The notes under the pieces: generated by a model | What the model saw: only the letters and a program-made list of their open reading frames with translations | Database searches by the model: none | What the model was told of the DNA's origin: nothing | Shown here: piece by piece, positions 16,878 to 27,426 of the stretch | How the letters are laid out: the number at the start of each line of letters is the position of its first letter | How positions within the stretch are numbered: the stretch's first letter is position 1 | Translations under genes and position numbers: made by a program | NCBI GenBank assembly: GCA_037200965.1 | Contig: JBBCGK010000001.1 | Location: 576,001 to 640,000 of the forward strand | Direction: 5' to 3' | Length of the DNA: 64,000 nucleotides | Source of the DNA: a bacterium | GTDB taxonomy: Bacteria; Patescibacteriota; Minisyncoccia; Phycocordibacterales; Phycocordibacteraceae

Positions 16878-18197
16878 TTATTGCTTGCGAGTAGTCGCAA
16901 GGCGGTTCATGAGTTCGGTGAAGGCTGCCGCGTCGCGGGCGATGACGAGCGTCGACTGGTTCCAATAGCCGTACATGATAAGGCTTCGTCCGCTTGCGTC
17001 CCGAAGCGTCCGCACGTCATGGTTTGCCACCACTTCGTCCTTAAATGAAGGCGCGGGAAGAAATTGCGCGGAAGACACCGAAGAAGAGGGTGTCGTGGTT
17101 GATGCGATCGGCTCGGAAACGACGGCGGCGGGATATGCCGGGTACAGAAGCGCCAAATCTCCGGGAAGGGTCGGCTCCCACGCGAGCATGCCGCCGAAGC
17201 TGCGTTCGAACGAGTCGACTTTGAGTATGAAAAACGGGCGCGTCTCTTCCCCGTTTCGTACGACGCCGAGCATGCTTTCGGGCAAGATGCTGCGGAGCAG
17301 GATGTCCGGCGCGGGGAGCTGCATGGCCGCCACAAGGGAGCCGCCGGAAACGGGGGAACTTGAGGTTATTCCGTCCGCGGTCGTCGTGCTCACCGTCGCA
17401 TACACGAGGCGGACGGCCCCCGCGGCAAGCGGCTTCTGGGCGGCTTCTGCAAAGGCGGCAAGAAGATCGCGCCCAGTGCCCGTGATCTCTTGCTGCTCGT
17501 CGACGAAAATAAGGGAAGGGGCGCTCACTACGGTCGGGATGATATTGGCCGCCTGCATGAAGTAGTACGCGGCGTAGAGTGCGCCTCCTCCAAGAAGCAC
17601 GATCGCGATTCCCGACAACATGAGCGCAACGCCTCCCTTTTTCACGGGCGCGGCGGTAACTTTTCGTGCGGGCGCGTCCGATTCGGTTGCGAGAACGCTT
17701 ATAGCCGAAGCCCCTTTGTCTTCGATGTGTTCCGCGAAATCATTCTTATACGTATGCAGTCCGGCAGAAATATCAGGCGCTTTGACCGGAGCGGCCGGAG
17801 CCGGAACTGGTGCGGGCGGCGGAACAAACGCTTCCGGTACCTCAAGCGGGCTCGCTTCTATGAGGCGCTCCGAGGCGGTGGGAGCATATCTGTCCCGTAC
17901 GCTCGCGGAAGCGTTCCGGTCCGCGTCGAACGCCGATTCCGGAGGCGCTTGCGCGGTCTCAGGCTGCCGCACGGCGCCCGCTTTCGCGCGGAGGCGCGCG
18001 AGTATGGCGTCACGGTCTTCTTGCGCGGCCGCTTGCGGCGCGGGAACCGGCGGGGGCACTGCCGCGCCCTGCGCGGTCACGCCTGTAATCGAGGCGACAT
18101 CGCCCGCATAGGTGCGTATCACGCGCTCCGGCACGTCGCGGCCTCCGGCGAGTGCCGGGGCCTCTTCGGTCGCATCGATGTAATTGTCGTCCTGCAT
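16878..18197 (-). CDS. hypothetical membrane-anchored Pro/Ala-rich protein
   Basis: 439-aa ORF with a single TM (VALMLSGIAIVLLGGGALYAAYYF). Confidence 0.45.
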   Translation of the reverse strand: MQDDNYIDATEEAPALAGGRDVPERVIRTYAGDVASITGVTAQGAAVPPPVPAPQAAAQEDRDAILARLRAKAGAVRQPETAQAPPESAFDADRNASASVRDRYAPTASERLIEASPLEVPEAFVPPPAPVPAPAAPVKAPDISAGLHTYKNDFAEHIEDKGASAISVLATESDAPARKVTAAPVKKGGVALMLSGIAIVLLGGGALYAAYYFMQAANIIPTVVSAPSLIFVDEQQEITGTGRDLLAAFAEAAQKPLAAGAVRLVYATVSTTTADGITSSSPVSGGSLVAAMQLPAPDILLRSILPESMLGVVRNGEETRPFFILKVDSFERSFGGMLAWEPTLPGDLALLYPAYPAAVVSEPIASTTTPSSSVSSAQFLPAPSFKDEVVANHDVRTLRDASGRSLIMYGYWNQSTLVIARDAAAFTELMNRLATTRKQ

Positions 18198-18329
18198 CGC
18201 TTAGGAAAGTATAACCGAAAAGATATGCGCGAAATCCCGGCGGGTGCCTTACTTTTTTGAGGGGGGTGAATATTTTTGGGATGTATGCGATAGTGCCGGA
18301 CAGCGGAATTGTTCCAAGGAGTACCTGAA

Positions 18330-18839
18330 ATGCGAATACTAAGGCTCGAAGGGGACGGGCGGATCCTGGAACAGATCGGTGAACTGAAAATCCATGACCC
18401 TCCCCCGTTCTCAGTTTCGGTGCACGGACTTCACCTGCGGGGTTGTGAAGTCACGCGTACAAGGAATTTCAATCGGCGCTTCAACGCAATCCGCAGACCA
18501 GCGCTCGGCGACGCAGCCATCTGCATATGGAAACTCAGTCTCTCCGGCGTTTCGGACAAAGCAACGGCCGAGGACATATTCGGACCGTTTCCGGTACCCG
18601 TAGAGATAGGCCATGCCAGAATAGTCCTCGCCCGGCATCTGAAAAAGGGCGGCCTCCTAAGCGAAGGAACGGAGGCCAACATCTTTCCCGCCCTCGCCTC
18701 GGGAGACGAAATACACACTGTTCGCTTGGCGCGTGTTGCGCGCGGGAAGTGGATATACGGAAGTCCTATAGCGCCGAGACCGCTTCAGGACGAATATCGA
18801 AGCGGCACATACGTGCTTTCCTATCCGCCGGGAGCGTAA
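18330..18839 (+). CDS. hypothetical protein
   Basis: ATG at 18330 with SD CCAAGGAG 8 nt upstream. Confidence 0.4.
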   Translation: MRILRLEGDGRILEQIGELKIHDPPPFSVSVHGLHLRGCEVTRTRNFNRRFNAIRRPALGDAAICIWKLSLSGVSDKATAEDIFGPFPVPVEIGHARIVLARHLKKGGLLSEGTEANIFPALASGDEIHTVRLARVARGKWIYGSPIAPRPLQDEYRSGTYVLSYPPGA

Positions 18840-18894
18840 ACACACAGGCCCCGGGACACATGCGTGTCCCGGGGCCAAATTTCAGTCTATATGC

Positions 18895-19410
18895 CTATCC
18901 CCGGTGCCCGATAATGAATTTCTTCGGGTCGTCGCACATGTCGGTGAAGGCATGTACCGCTTCCTTGAGCTTCGCCGAGGAAGACTTGCCGAACGAGATC
19001 GCTTCCACCTGACATCCCTCGTTCATGTCGAGGTATTCGACGAGCGGAACGTAATCGCCATCGCCGGACGCGATGATAACCGTGTCGAGCTTCGGCGCCA
19101 TTTTGACCGCGTCGATCGCGAGCCCTACGTCCCAGTCGGCCTTTTTCGCGCCGTCGGAGAAGACCTGGAGGCCTTTTACCTTGGTCTCGATGCCGATTTT
19201 CGTAAGGGCGTCGAAGAACGCGCTCTCTTCCCCGCTTTCGGTCGAGATGACGTAGGCGATGGCGCGCACGAGCACGCGACCGCCGACCGCTTCCTTGAGA
19301 ACGTTCGCGAAGTTCACGCGCGCCTTATAAAGATGCTTCGCGCTGTGATAGAGATTCTGCGTATCGATAAATACGCCGACCCGCTGCGCGGGATGTTTGA
19401 TGACTGCCAT
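18895..19410 (-). CDS. NYN-domain (LabA-like) protein
   Basis: Motifs RVGVFIDTQNLY and TVIIASGDGDYVPLVEYL. Confidence 0.75.
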   Translation of the reverse strand: MAVIKHPAQRVGVFIDTQNLYHSAKHLYKARVNFANVLKEAVGGRVLVRAIAYVISTESGEESAFFDALTKIGIETKVKGLQVFSDGAKKADWDVGLAIDAVKMAPKLDTVIIASGDGDYVPLVEYLDMNEGCQVEAISFGKSSSAKLKEAVHAFTDMCDDPKKFIIGHRG

Positions 19411-19497
19411 AGAAAGTAATGCTTATGAGAAACGTTTATTAAAACAGGACGGAAGTCCTGAGCTACATACTACCATCCCGCAAGCGGCGGGAAGAAG

Positions 19498-19764
19498 CTA
19501 CTTCTTAAGCCCGAGCTTCTTGACGACCGCGTTGTAGCGGCGCTTGTCGTTGTTCTCGAGATAGTGGAGGTGGCTCCGGCGGTCGGCGACCATCTGGAGA
19601 AGTCCGCGGCGGGAATGGAAATCCTTCGCGTTCTTCTTGAGGTGCTTGGCAAGGTCGTCGATCTTCTTGCTAAGAAGCGCGATCTGCACGTTGGCAGAGC
19701 CGGTGTCGGTCGGGTGGATACCCGAGTCCTTCATGATTGCCGCCTTTTTCTTCGTAGTTAGCAT
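19498..19764 (-). CDS. rpsO: 30S ribosomal protein S15
   Basis: Sequence MLTTKKKAAIMKDSGIHPTDTGS...RRGLLQMVADRRSHLHYLEN. The start is the internal ATG at 19764. A GC hairpin CCCGCAAGCGGCGGG lies downstream. Confidence 0.9.
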   Translation of the reverse strand: MLTTKKKAAIMKDSGIHPTDTGSANVQIALLSKKIDDLAKHLKKNAKDFHSRRGLLQMVADRRSHLHYLENNDKRRYNAVVKKLGLKK

Positions 19765-19852
19765 GTGCCGATACCCTACCACATCTTGATTATTTATGCA
19801 AGGGTTGTATTGTAAGTGCTGGTTCGGCAGCACTGTTTTAACGGAGGAACTC

Positions 19853-20161
19853 ATGCATAAGATAGTCGCTTCTTTTTGCGCCGACGGGCGGGAAATCCTG
19901 ACCCCCGAGGTCAGAAAGGAAGCTCGCACAATCGGGCGGGCGCTGAAGAAGAGAGCGCCCCTTACGGGCTACATGGTTGTGGCAACCGGGAAAGGGATTC
20001 GGACATTTTCAGTTCTCCATGTTCCGAACATTAACCGGCTCAGTCTCGAAGGGGGCGGGCGCGTGTCGGTTTGGTGGCGCTCCAGTCGCAACGATGCGGA
20101 TACCATGTTCAAGCAATTGCTCGGTCTGCCCGAGGTCAGCTGCTGGGTGCTGACACTCTGA
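19853..20161 (+). CDS. hypothetical small protein
   Basis: SD GGAGG 5 nt before the ATG. It is followed by a perfect 9-bp-stem hairpin, GACCCGCGG-CTGGTG-CCGCGGGTC. Confidence 0.35.
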   Translation: MHKIVASFCADGREILTPEVRKEARTIGRALKKRAPLTGYMVVATGKGIRTFSVLHVPNINRLSLEGGGRVSVWWRSSRNDADTMFKQLLGLPEVSCWVLTL

Positions 20162-20247
20162 GTGTTCGAACGCCAGACAATGACGACCCGCGGCTGGTGC
20201 CGCGGGTCGCTAATTATTGTGCGCACATCGGTGCTACACTTCCCCAT

Positions 20248-21168
20248 ATGAATGCCGAGCAGCTCAAGCGGCAATTTCTCGAATACATCGAAATCGAGCG
20301 AGGCCGGAGCGTGAAAACGGTCGAGAACTACGACCGCTACCTTTCGCGCTTTATCAAACAGGCGGATATAAAAGACCCTTCCGATATTACCGAACCGAAA
20401 ATCCGCGAATTCCGCATGTGGCTCAACCGCCAGTCGGGCACCGGACGGGACTCGATGAAGCGCCGCACCCAGAACTATTACCTCATCGCGCTCCGCGCAT
20501 TCCTCAAATACCTCCGGAGGCTCGAGATCCAGACCATAGCCCCCGAGCGCATCGAACTCGCGAAGGTGCCGGAGCGGCAGATCGACCTTATAACCTCGGC
20601 GGAGCTCAGTCGCCTTATAGACTCCCCTGCCGAGGCGCTCAAAACGGAAAAAGACCCGCACGTGCGCCGTACCCTCCTTCGCGACCGCGCAATCATGGAA
20701 CTTCTCTTCTCCACGGGCCTGCGTATCGCCGAGTTGTGTTCCCTCAATAACGATCTCGATCTTGGAAGGGACGAATTTTCCATACGAGGCAAAGGCGACA
20801 AAGTCCGCGTGGTATTCCTCTCCCCTGCCGCCAAGGAGGCGGTACGCGAATACCTCAAGGCTCGCGCTGATATGGAGGAGGCGCTCTTCGTCGACGGCCG
20901 CCCGAAGAAGCTCCACCGCATCACTCCCCGCGACGTGCAGCGGCACCTCAAGGCGTATGCCGCCCGGGCCGGTATCACGAGCAAAGTGTCTCCCCATACC
21001 CTTCGGCACGTCTTCGCGACTGATCTTCTAAGCAACGGCGCGGATATCAGAAGCGTCCAGCAGCTCCTCGGCCACGCCTCCATCATCACGACGCAGATCT
21101 ACACGCACGTTACCGACTCGCACTTGCGGGATGTGCATAAGAAGTTTCATAGCAAAAACCGCGAGTAG
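20248..21168 (+). CDS. tyrosine recombinase XerC/XerD family
   Basis: Motifs HTLRHVFATDLLSNGADIRSVQQLLGHASIITTQIYTHV. The start was chosen at the internal ATG (MNAEQLKRQFLEYIEIERG). Confidence 0.8.
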   Translation: MNAEQLKRQFLEYIEIERGRSVKTVENYDRYLSRFIKQADIKDPSDITEPKIREFRMWLNRQSGTGRDSMKRRTQNYYLIALRAFLKYLRRLEIQTIAPERIELAKVPERQIDLITSAELSRLIDSPAEALKTEKDPHVRRTLLRDRAIMELLFSTGLRIAELCSLNNDLDLGRDEFSIRGKGDKVRVVFLSPAAKEAVREYLKARADMEEALFVDGRPKKLHRITPRDVQRHLKAYAARAGITSKVSPHTLRHVFATDLLSNGADIRSVQQLLGHASIITTQIYTHVTDSHLRDVHKKFHSKNRE

Positions 21169-21172
21169 TTGT

Positions 21173-21865
21173 TTAGGAAGAAGGAAGGCCTCTCGGGACT
21201 GCATCGAAGTGTTCTATGCCCTCATATTCTTTTATATACCTGGCAAGCCGCTTCGTAAGCGGGAGAACAACCATTTCACAGAGTATCACCGCCATCCAGC
21301 TGACAGTCGCTGCGGAAGCCATAAGCGCAAGCGGCAGGATACCCGCGAATGCGATCCCATAGAAGAAGAGCACGTTCACTATCTGTGCTACCGCTACCGA
21401 CGTAAGAGCCCTACCGTAGAAGTACCGAGCCGTGAAATGTACCTTCAAGCGCGACATGACGTATGAGTTGGTGAGTTCTGTGACAAAGTACGCAATAATT
21501 CCCGCAGTGGTTATGCGCGGAACTTGGGAGAAGAGAGTGACGAACGCCGAGTTATTCGCGTAACCTGCCGCAGGCGGGAGGAATACGGCGAGTTCTATGA
21601 AAATGGTATAGACGATAAGACCTCCGAGCCCGACCCACAGAAGTCGTCTCACTCGCCGATAGCCGTATACCTCGGCAAGAATGTCAGCAACGATAAGCGA
21701 CAAGACATAGCTGATTTGCGAACCGACTATCGAGATCCCGAAAAAGTTGACGAACTTGAGATTAAGAACTTCGGTAACAAGCATGAGCGCCATCATAGGC
21801 ATGGCGAGGTACACCAGCGCTTTTGGCTGCCAGGTGTCGCCGACCGCAACCTTTAATTCCTTCAT
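21173..21865 (-). CDS. queuosine-precursor transporter (YhhQ/DUF165 family)
   Basis: Polytopic membrane protein with VADILAEVYGYRRVRR and FVTELTNSYV. Confidence 0.65.
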   Translation of the reverse strand: MKELKVAVGDTWQPKALVYLAMPMMALMLVTEVLNLKFVNFFGISIVGSQISYVLSLIVADILAEVYGYRRVRRLLWVGLGGLIVYTIFIELAVFLPPAAGYANNSAFVTLFSQVPRITTAGIIAYFVTELTNSYVMSRLKVHFTARYFYGRALTSVAVAQIVNVLFFYGIAFAGILPLALMASAATVSWMAVILCEMVVLPLTKRLARYIKEYEGIEHFDAVPRGLPSS

Positions 21866-21981
21866 AACTTCACCTTATTTTCGACAGGGAAAGGCGTCAA
21901 AAAAGTCGACAAAGTGTCTAGAATCAAGAAAATACCCATGGTTTACATATGGTATTGTTTGTCTGACTAGCCGTCAGAATC

Positions 21982-22728
21982 ATGCAAAACCGGGAATCGC
22001 TCAGAAAAATGCTCATACGCTCGGGCCTTAACGATCACGAAGCCGTAGTGTATCTTTCGATGCTTGAACTCGGCCCCTCGACCGTGCTCAAAATCTCCCG
22101 ACAGTCGGGGGTAAAACGAACAACCATTTACGCCGTTATAGAGTCCCTGCGCGCCAAAGGACTGGTAGGGATTGAGGAGCCGGGTCTCAAGCGCATATAC
22201 GTAGCGGAGAATCCGACGCGTCTTGAACGCATACTCGATGAACAGAAGCATGCCCTTCAGTCGTTTTTTCCCGAACTTCAGGCACTCTATTCGCTGCGCG
22301 GCAATAACTCAATAATCCGTTATTACGTCGGTACCGAGGCGATGAGGAGCGTCTACGACGAACTTCTCGCGGAACTCAAAAGCGGTGACGACTATTATGT
22401 CTTTGGGGACCCCGAGCGGTGGGATGCGTTCGATAAAGACTATTTCAAGTCTTTCATTGCTCGCAGGCTGCGGATCAATCTCAAGGCGAAGATCGCGCTC
22501 ATACCCTCAGAAGTTGCGAAAAGTTATAAGCTAAATGAGAAGAATTTTCGGGAAGAGGTTCGCTTGCTTCCGAAAGGCACGCGGCTTGATGCAAATATGC
22601 TGATAACGCCTCGGAAAATCGTAATTCACCCGCTCACCTATCCCATTACGACCATTGTTATTGAAACAGACGCCTTGGTTCGTATGCAGCAGGAGCTGTT
22701 TATGGTGACGTGGGAAGGACTCATATAA
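21982..22728 (+). CDS. TrmB-family transcriptional regulator
   Basis: Sequence SGLNDHEAVVYLSMLELGPSTVLKISRQSGVKRTTIYAVIESLRAKGLV. Confidence 0.8.
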   Translation: MQNRESLRKMLIRSGLNDHEAVVYLSMLELGPSTVLKISRQSGVKRTTIYAVIESLRAKGLVGIEEPGLKRIYVAENPTRLERILDEQKHALQSFFPELQALYSLRGNNSIIRYYVGTEAMRSVYDELLAELKSGDDYYVFGDPERWDAFDKDYFKSFIARRLRINLKAKIALIPSEVAKSYKLNEKNFREEVRLLPKGTRLDANMLITPRKIVIHPLTYPITTIVIETDALVRMQQELFMVTWEGLI

Positions 22729-23268
22729 AAATCTGGAAGACCAGCACCTTAAGAAACCTGTATATTTGATTGATCAAGTTATAAAACAGAGAACCACCTT
22801 GCAGAAGCCGGCCTTAAACAAGGCGATTCTCTGCATGGTGGTCGATTATGCGGCATCGTCACCTCCTGTTGTCGTTGCCGGGACAGTCGTTGTCGTGCGA
22901 GCAATTTTGCACAGCCAGTCGAGCATGGCCCGGCGAGCCTTACCATTTGTCTGGGTCCGAAAATACACATACACGTGGCCTGCGTGAGAGGTACCGTGGA
23001 TACCGAAATAGTCGTCCGCGATGCCTAACCGCTTCGCCATTTCTTTTGCAGACCTCTGGGAAAAGGACTCAAACTCTTCCTCGGATGTGCGGGGGCGAAG
23101 AAGAAAACGGGCAACTGTTACCGCGGACCCAAGGCTTATTCTTGCCGTGAATGTCCAGGTCACTCCTGATGCTCTACGCATTGTTGGCACCCTCCTTAAC
23201 GATGCCGCTGATAAATGTATACCTGAAATACGTAAAAGCAACCGGCCGGGAACGTGTAAGATAAAGAA

Positions 23269-24060
23269 ATGAAGATCGTCTCGTGGAACGTGAACGGTAT
23301 ACGTGCGGTGCACCGGAAAGGCGTCTTTCTCCCTTTCATTGAGGAAATAAAACCCGACATCCTCTGCCTCCAGGAAACGAAAGCTCAGGAACACCAGTCG
23401 GAGATAGATCTGCCGGGCTATACGGAATACTGGAACTCCGCGAAGAAGGCCGGGTACAGCGGTACGGCCATCTTCTCGAAAGAAGAAGCGCTCGACATAC
23501 GGCTTGGTCTTCCCGAGGATCTCGTGGCGAAATACGGTCTTGCGGACGACTCCTACGGTGACCCTAATACCGAAGGAAGGGTTATTACGGCCGAATACCA
23601 AAAATTCTTCGTAATCTCCGCGTATACGCCGAACTCAAAGCCCGACTTAAGCAGGCTCGGCCTCAGGCATACGCAATGGGACCCAGCGTTTCTTGAGTAC
23701 TGCAAGTGGCTTGAGGAGGAGAAGCCGGTTATATTCTGCGGCGATCTCAATGTGGCCCATACGCCGGACGACCTCGCCCATCCCACGGAGCATGAAGGCG
23801 GGCACGGCTACACTAAGGAGGAACGCGAAGGGATCGACCAGATCATAGCGGCTGGCTTTATTGACACTTTCCGTTTATTTACCAAGGGCAACGGACACTA
23901 CTCCTGGTGGAACCATTGGAACTTCGCCCGGGAGCGCAACATAGGTTGGCGAATCGATTATATATTCGTATCAAAATCTCTTGCGCCGCTTATTAAAGAG
24001 GCGGCGATACATCCGGAAATCCTGGGCTCCGACCACTGCCCTGTTTCAATAACGATCTAA
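23269..24060 (+). CDS. xth: exodeoxyribonuclease III (ExoIII/APE1 family)
   Basis: Motifs MKIVSWNVNGIRA, LCLQETK and SDHCPV. Confidence 0.9.
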   Translation: MKIVSWNVNGIRAVHRKGVFLPFIEEIKPDILCLQETKAQEHQSEIDLPGYTEYWNSAKKAGYSGTAIFSKEEALDIRLGLPEDLVAKYGLADDSYGDPNTEGRVITAEYQKFFVISAYTPNSKPDLSRLGLRHTQWDPAFLEYCKWLEEEKPVIFCGDLNVAHTPDDLAHPTEHEGGHGYTKEEREGIDQIIAAGFIDTFRLFTKGNGHYSWWNHWNFARERNIGWRIDYIFVSKSLAPLIKEAAIHPEILGSDHCPVSITI

Positions 24061-24424
24061 AGGACATAAAGGACACTTATCCCCTGCTTGCCTCTTTACT
24101 TCGTCCTTTACAAGAGTATCCTTACCTTCGGGCAGTTGTACCGTTGATCGCTCTTTAGCTCTTTGTGCGAGCAAACATCAATCAGTGAGCGCCAAAGCAC
24201 GAGACAGCCAGCCTCCGCCAGGGACGAATCCCTTACGTACTCAGGGCTTGGCCAGTTGCACGTGAAAAGACGCCCAGTTCAAGGCAATCTCTCGAAAGCC
24301 GCCAGAAACCCAGTCTCTTATAGTGAAGGACCATCAGTTCTCCCCCGTTCCCCCATTTGTGGTCCCCACTCCTTCGGGTTACAGGCGGCTTTCTCTTTTC
24401 CGTACTGTTTCCCGTGTAACTGAT

Positions 24425-25894
24425 TTAACAAACGTGGTGTCTCTCGAGGATCTTCTGTAGTTCCGCCTCTTCCTCCGCTTCCCTCCTCTTCATGCCTGCG
24501 TCTCCGAGCTCTTTAAGTGCTTTGTCGCTAAGAGTGCTGAACTCTGCTATCTTCCCGTCCAAATACTCCAAGGAGTTCTTTTTTGGGTCCTCAAGCACCT
24601 CTTCAAGAAGTGCGTGAAGCATCCAACCTATCCTTGGCCCCGGTTGCACGTGTAACACTTCCATGATCCTCCTGCCGTCAGTTTTTAGCATAGCTACGGA
24701 TATAGGGTCCCTGAGGGCTTCGTCCACCATCGCTTTGTATTTACGGAAACGGAACGGCTGCTCCTTGGGCCTTCCGGTGCCTATACGGTCGCATATGCGC
24801 AGATTGAGCAAGTCCATGATGTTTTCCTGCCCCACGTTCCGAATCATTCTCCGTACGGCCGAGAGGGTTATCTGATCAGGGTCGGAGAAGAACATGTGCC
24901 AACGGACCAGTTTGGTGACCTTTTCGATGGTTTCACGTGGAAACTTAAGATCTTCAAGGGCCTTTTGTGTTACACGTGAACCAACCACCTCGTGTCCATG
25001 GAAGGTCCAGTCCTGCTTTTCCTCTGACCATCGACGGGTTTCCGGCTTAGATACGTCGTGGAACAGGGCAGCAAGGCGTATATCGAATTCCCAGCCCTTG
25101 TCTGCAGCGTGCTGCATGCTCCTCATCAGGTGGCCAAACACGTCATAGCTGTGTGCCTGGTTCTGGTCGATCCCTATACCGCGGGTTAAGTCGTGGGCGA
25201 TATAACTAAGTATTCCAAGCTGCTGTGCCAGCACAAGGGCCATCATGGGCTGGTCGGACTCAAGAATGCGGGTGAGCTCATCGCGTATGCGCTCCTTTGA
25301 AATATGCTGCAGGTTTGGGGCCTTTGCCTGGATAGCTGCAGCGGCATCGCCATCAAGTGCGAAACCTAGCTCCGCCACGAGCCGCACCGCACGCATAAGG
25401 CGCAAGGCGTCCTCTTCGAAGCGTAGAGCCGCCTCCCCCACCGTTCTGAGCACTTTGTCCTTTATGTCCTTTTGACCGCCGTACGGGTCAATTAGATGTC
25501 CTTTAGACTCATCAAGGGCTATGGCGTTGATCGTGAAATCGCGGCGCGCGAGGTCTTCGGTAAGGCTTTGGCCGAATTCGACCTTATCCGGCCGTCGTTT
25601 GTCGGTATAGGAGGATTCGGTGCGGTAGGGTGTAACCTCGATCACTTTAAGGCTCTCCTCGTCCGTTTCACGTAGAACACCAACGGTTCCAAAGTCGTTG
25701 GTGTAGTAGGAATCGGGGAATATACGCTGTATATCCTCAGGTTTTGCGTTGGTAGTGACATCCCAATCTTTCGGCTTACGGCCTATAAGAAGATCGCGTA
25801 CGCATCCGCCGACAAGATATGCTTCGAACCCTTCCTTGCGGAGTATTTCGGAAACCGAGGAAACTTCTTTTGAAATAGAGAAGTGCATAATCAA
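24425..25894 (-). CDS. cca: CCA-adding tRNA nucleotidyltransferase with HD domain
   Basis: Motifs GGCVRDLL, DFTINAIA and HDVSKP. Confidence 0.85.
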   Translation of the reverse strand: MIMHFSISKEVSSVSEILRKEGFEAYLVGGCVRDLLIGRKPKDWDVTTNAKPEDIQRIFPDSYYTNDFGTVGVLRETDEESLKVIEVTPYRTESSYTDKRRPDKVEFGQSLTEDLARRDFTINAIALDESKGHLIDPYGGQKDIKDKVLRTVGEAALRFEEDALRLMRAVRLVAELGFALDGDAAAAIQAKAPNLQHISKERIRDELTRILESDQPMMALVLAQQLGILSYIAHDLTRGIGIDQNQAHSYDVFGHLMRSMQHAADKGWEFDIRLAALFHDVSKPETRRWSEEKQDWTFHGHEVVGSRVTQKALEDLKFPRETIEKVTKLVRWHMFFSDPDQITLSAVRRMIRNVGQENIMDLLNLRICDRIGTGRPKEQPFRFRKYKAMVDEALRDPISVAMLKTDGRRIMEVLHVQPGPRIGWMLHALLEEVLEDPKKNSLEYLDGKIAEFSTLSDKALKELGDAGMKRREAEEEAELQKILERHHVC

Positions 25895-25955
25895 TAAAAT
25901 AGTAGCCCGCGATTAGGCTTTCTCCTAGCCGTGTCTTAGTATCAAAGAGTTCAAT

Positions 25956-26027
25956 GCCCCTGTGGTGAAATGGATATCATTACAGACTTCGAATCTGTCG
26001 TTCCAAGTTCGAATCTTGGCGGGGGCA
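25956..26027 (+). tRNA. tRNA-Arg (anticodon UCG), CCA not encoded
   Basis: Cloverleaf folded by hand: acceptor GCCCCUG/CGGGGGC, anticodon loop CUUCGAA, T-arm CCAAG-UUCGAAU-CUUGG. Confidence 0.8.
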
Positions 26028-26036
26028 CAAAAAGAA

Positions 26037-26059
26037 GCAGGCGGCTCTGGGCCGCCTGC
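26037..26059. terminator. bidirectional hairpin GCAGGCGGC-TCTGG-GCCGCCTGC
   Basis: Perfect 9-bp stem between tRNA-Arg (+) and the end of 26079..26438 (-). Confidence 0.5.
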
Positions 26060-26078
26060 GGGGAAGTTGGTGTAGGGC

Positions 26079-26438
26079 TTATTGTGGTCTCCGGACCAGC
26101 TCGCCCTTCTTGTTGATGTGAAGCTCCGCGATCAGAACTTCGGCGCGGTCGAGAGCCGCATTGATTGCCGACCGGGGATTCGGATGCTTCCCGCTTGCGA
26201 GCTCCTCGTCGGCGTAGCTGTACACGCCTTTGGCGAATTCGAGCGTACCCCGAACCACGCCGTCCGGGGTTTCCGGAGCCGCGGTAACGAGCTTCAGGGC
26301 CGCGAGCTCACCGCGGATTCCGGCGGGAAGGTCCGGCCACTTTCCGTCGATGACCTCTTGATCGAGATCCTCGATGCATCCTTCAAAGAGCTCGTGGGCG
26401 CCGTTCCTGGCGCGCTGGGCAAAACCTGATGGGGGCAT
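26079..26438 (-). CDS. hypothetical protein
   Basis: 119-aa ORF. The minus strand was preferred over the overlapping plus-strand ORF because of the downstream hairpin. Confidence 0.35.
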   Translation of the reverse strand: MPPSGFAQRARNGAHELFEGCIEDLDQEVIDGKWPDLPAGIRGELAALKLVTAAPETPDGVVRGTLEFAKGVYSYADEELASGKHPNPRSAINAALDRAEVLIAELHINKKGELVRRPQ

Positions 26439-26570
26439 GGTCTTCTCCTGTTTCCGTTAGACCTTCTCGGTCCGAGGTTGAGATTACTAAGTATGATTTT
26501 ATAATGCGATTATACTGGCGCTTTTTATATACTTTTGTACTTTTAGTTCAAATAGAGTATCCTCTCGATA

Positions 26571-27374
26571 GTGATATTCAGCCGCACGGAAGACCTCGAA
26601 GACCGTATCATCGAACTCCTCCTTGAGGGTCGTTTGAGTATCAAATCGATGCACGCCCGGCTGGTCTTTCCTGAGAAATCGCTCTCGCTTCGCGCTATTT
26701 ATAAAGCGACGGACAAACTCATCGCGGCGGGCGTGCTCATTAAAACCGGGAAGCGGCTGATGGTGGACGAAGAATGGGCGCGAAGGGTAGGGGAGCGACT
26801 TCGTCCTGTCCCGGTCGCGGCGCCCTCAGTCGGGGAGAAATTTTCCCATACCTTTACATCGATCGAACACCTCGATGCCTTCTGGAAGACAGTGGTCCTC
26901 CCTATTGAGGAATCGGTTCCGAACCCCGAAGTCTTCTTCTACAACCCGCACGATTTCTGGGCATATATGCCCGAGCGCAAGGAAAGCGAGGAGGCGTATT
27001 ATCGGCATTTCGCTAAGGTGGGGCGCCACGGCTTTTTTATCGTAGGAGGGGAGTCTGAGGCGGACAAGGAATTTAAGCGGGAATACCAAGGCGAATACCT
27101 TCAAATAGATACAAGAAATATCCTATCCCTTCGCCGAAGTGACCATGTGACCGTTATAGGCTCTCTTATCGTCACGGTACGGCTCCCTAAGGTATCAGCG
27201 ACGCGGATCGATAAGCTCTATGAATCGAACAGGCCGATAAAGGACACACTTCCCGAGCTTCTCCCCATCTGTCGGGCGTTGGGGAAGATTCGCTTCACCC
27301 TTGAAAACGACCCCTTGAAGGCAAAGAAGCTCAGAAAGCTTCTTGCGAGGAACTTCTATTTTCCGAAAACGTAG
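26571..27374 (+). CDS. uncharacterised winged-helix regulator-like protein, paralog family X (2 of 3)
   Basis: 267 aa, homologous to 12985..13788 and 62739..63554. Confidence 0.55.
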   Translation: MIFSRTEDLEDRIIELLLEGRLSIKSMHARLVFPEKSLSLRAIYKATDKLIAAGVLIKTGKRLMVDEEWARRVGERLRPVPVAAPSVGEKFSHTFTSIEHLDAFWKTVVLPIEESVPNPEVFFYNPHDFWAYMPERKESEEAYYRHFAKVGRHGFFIVGGESEADKEFKREYQGEYLQIDTRNILSLRRSDHVTVIGSLIVTVRLPKVSATRIDKLYESNRPIKDTLPELLPICRALGKIRFTLENDPLKAKKLRKLLARNFYFPKT

Positions 27375-27426
27375 CGGCTGTTAACAATCTTGCGTCATAA
27401 CCGTACTCTCGTCGTAGAGTATATAT

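Noticed and set aside
22846-23040. 64-aa minus-strand ORF (MAKRLGIADDYFGIHGTSHAGHVYVYF...) in the 540-bp gap before xth
   Set aside because: No SD, no recognisable motif, and a low-complexity T-rich C-terminus. Possibly real, but unsupported.
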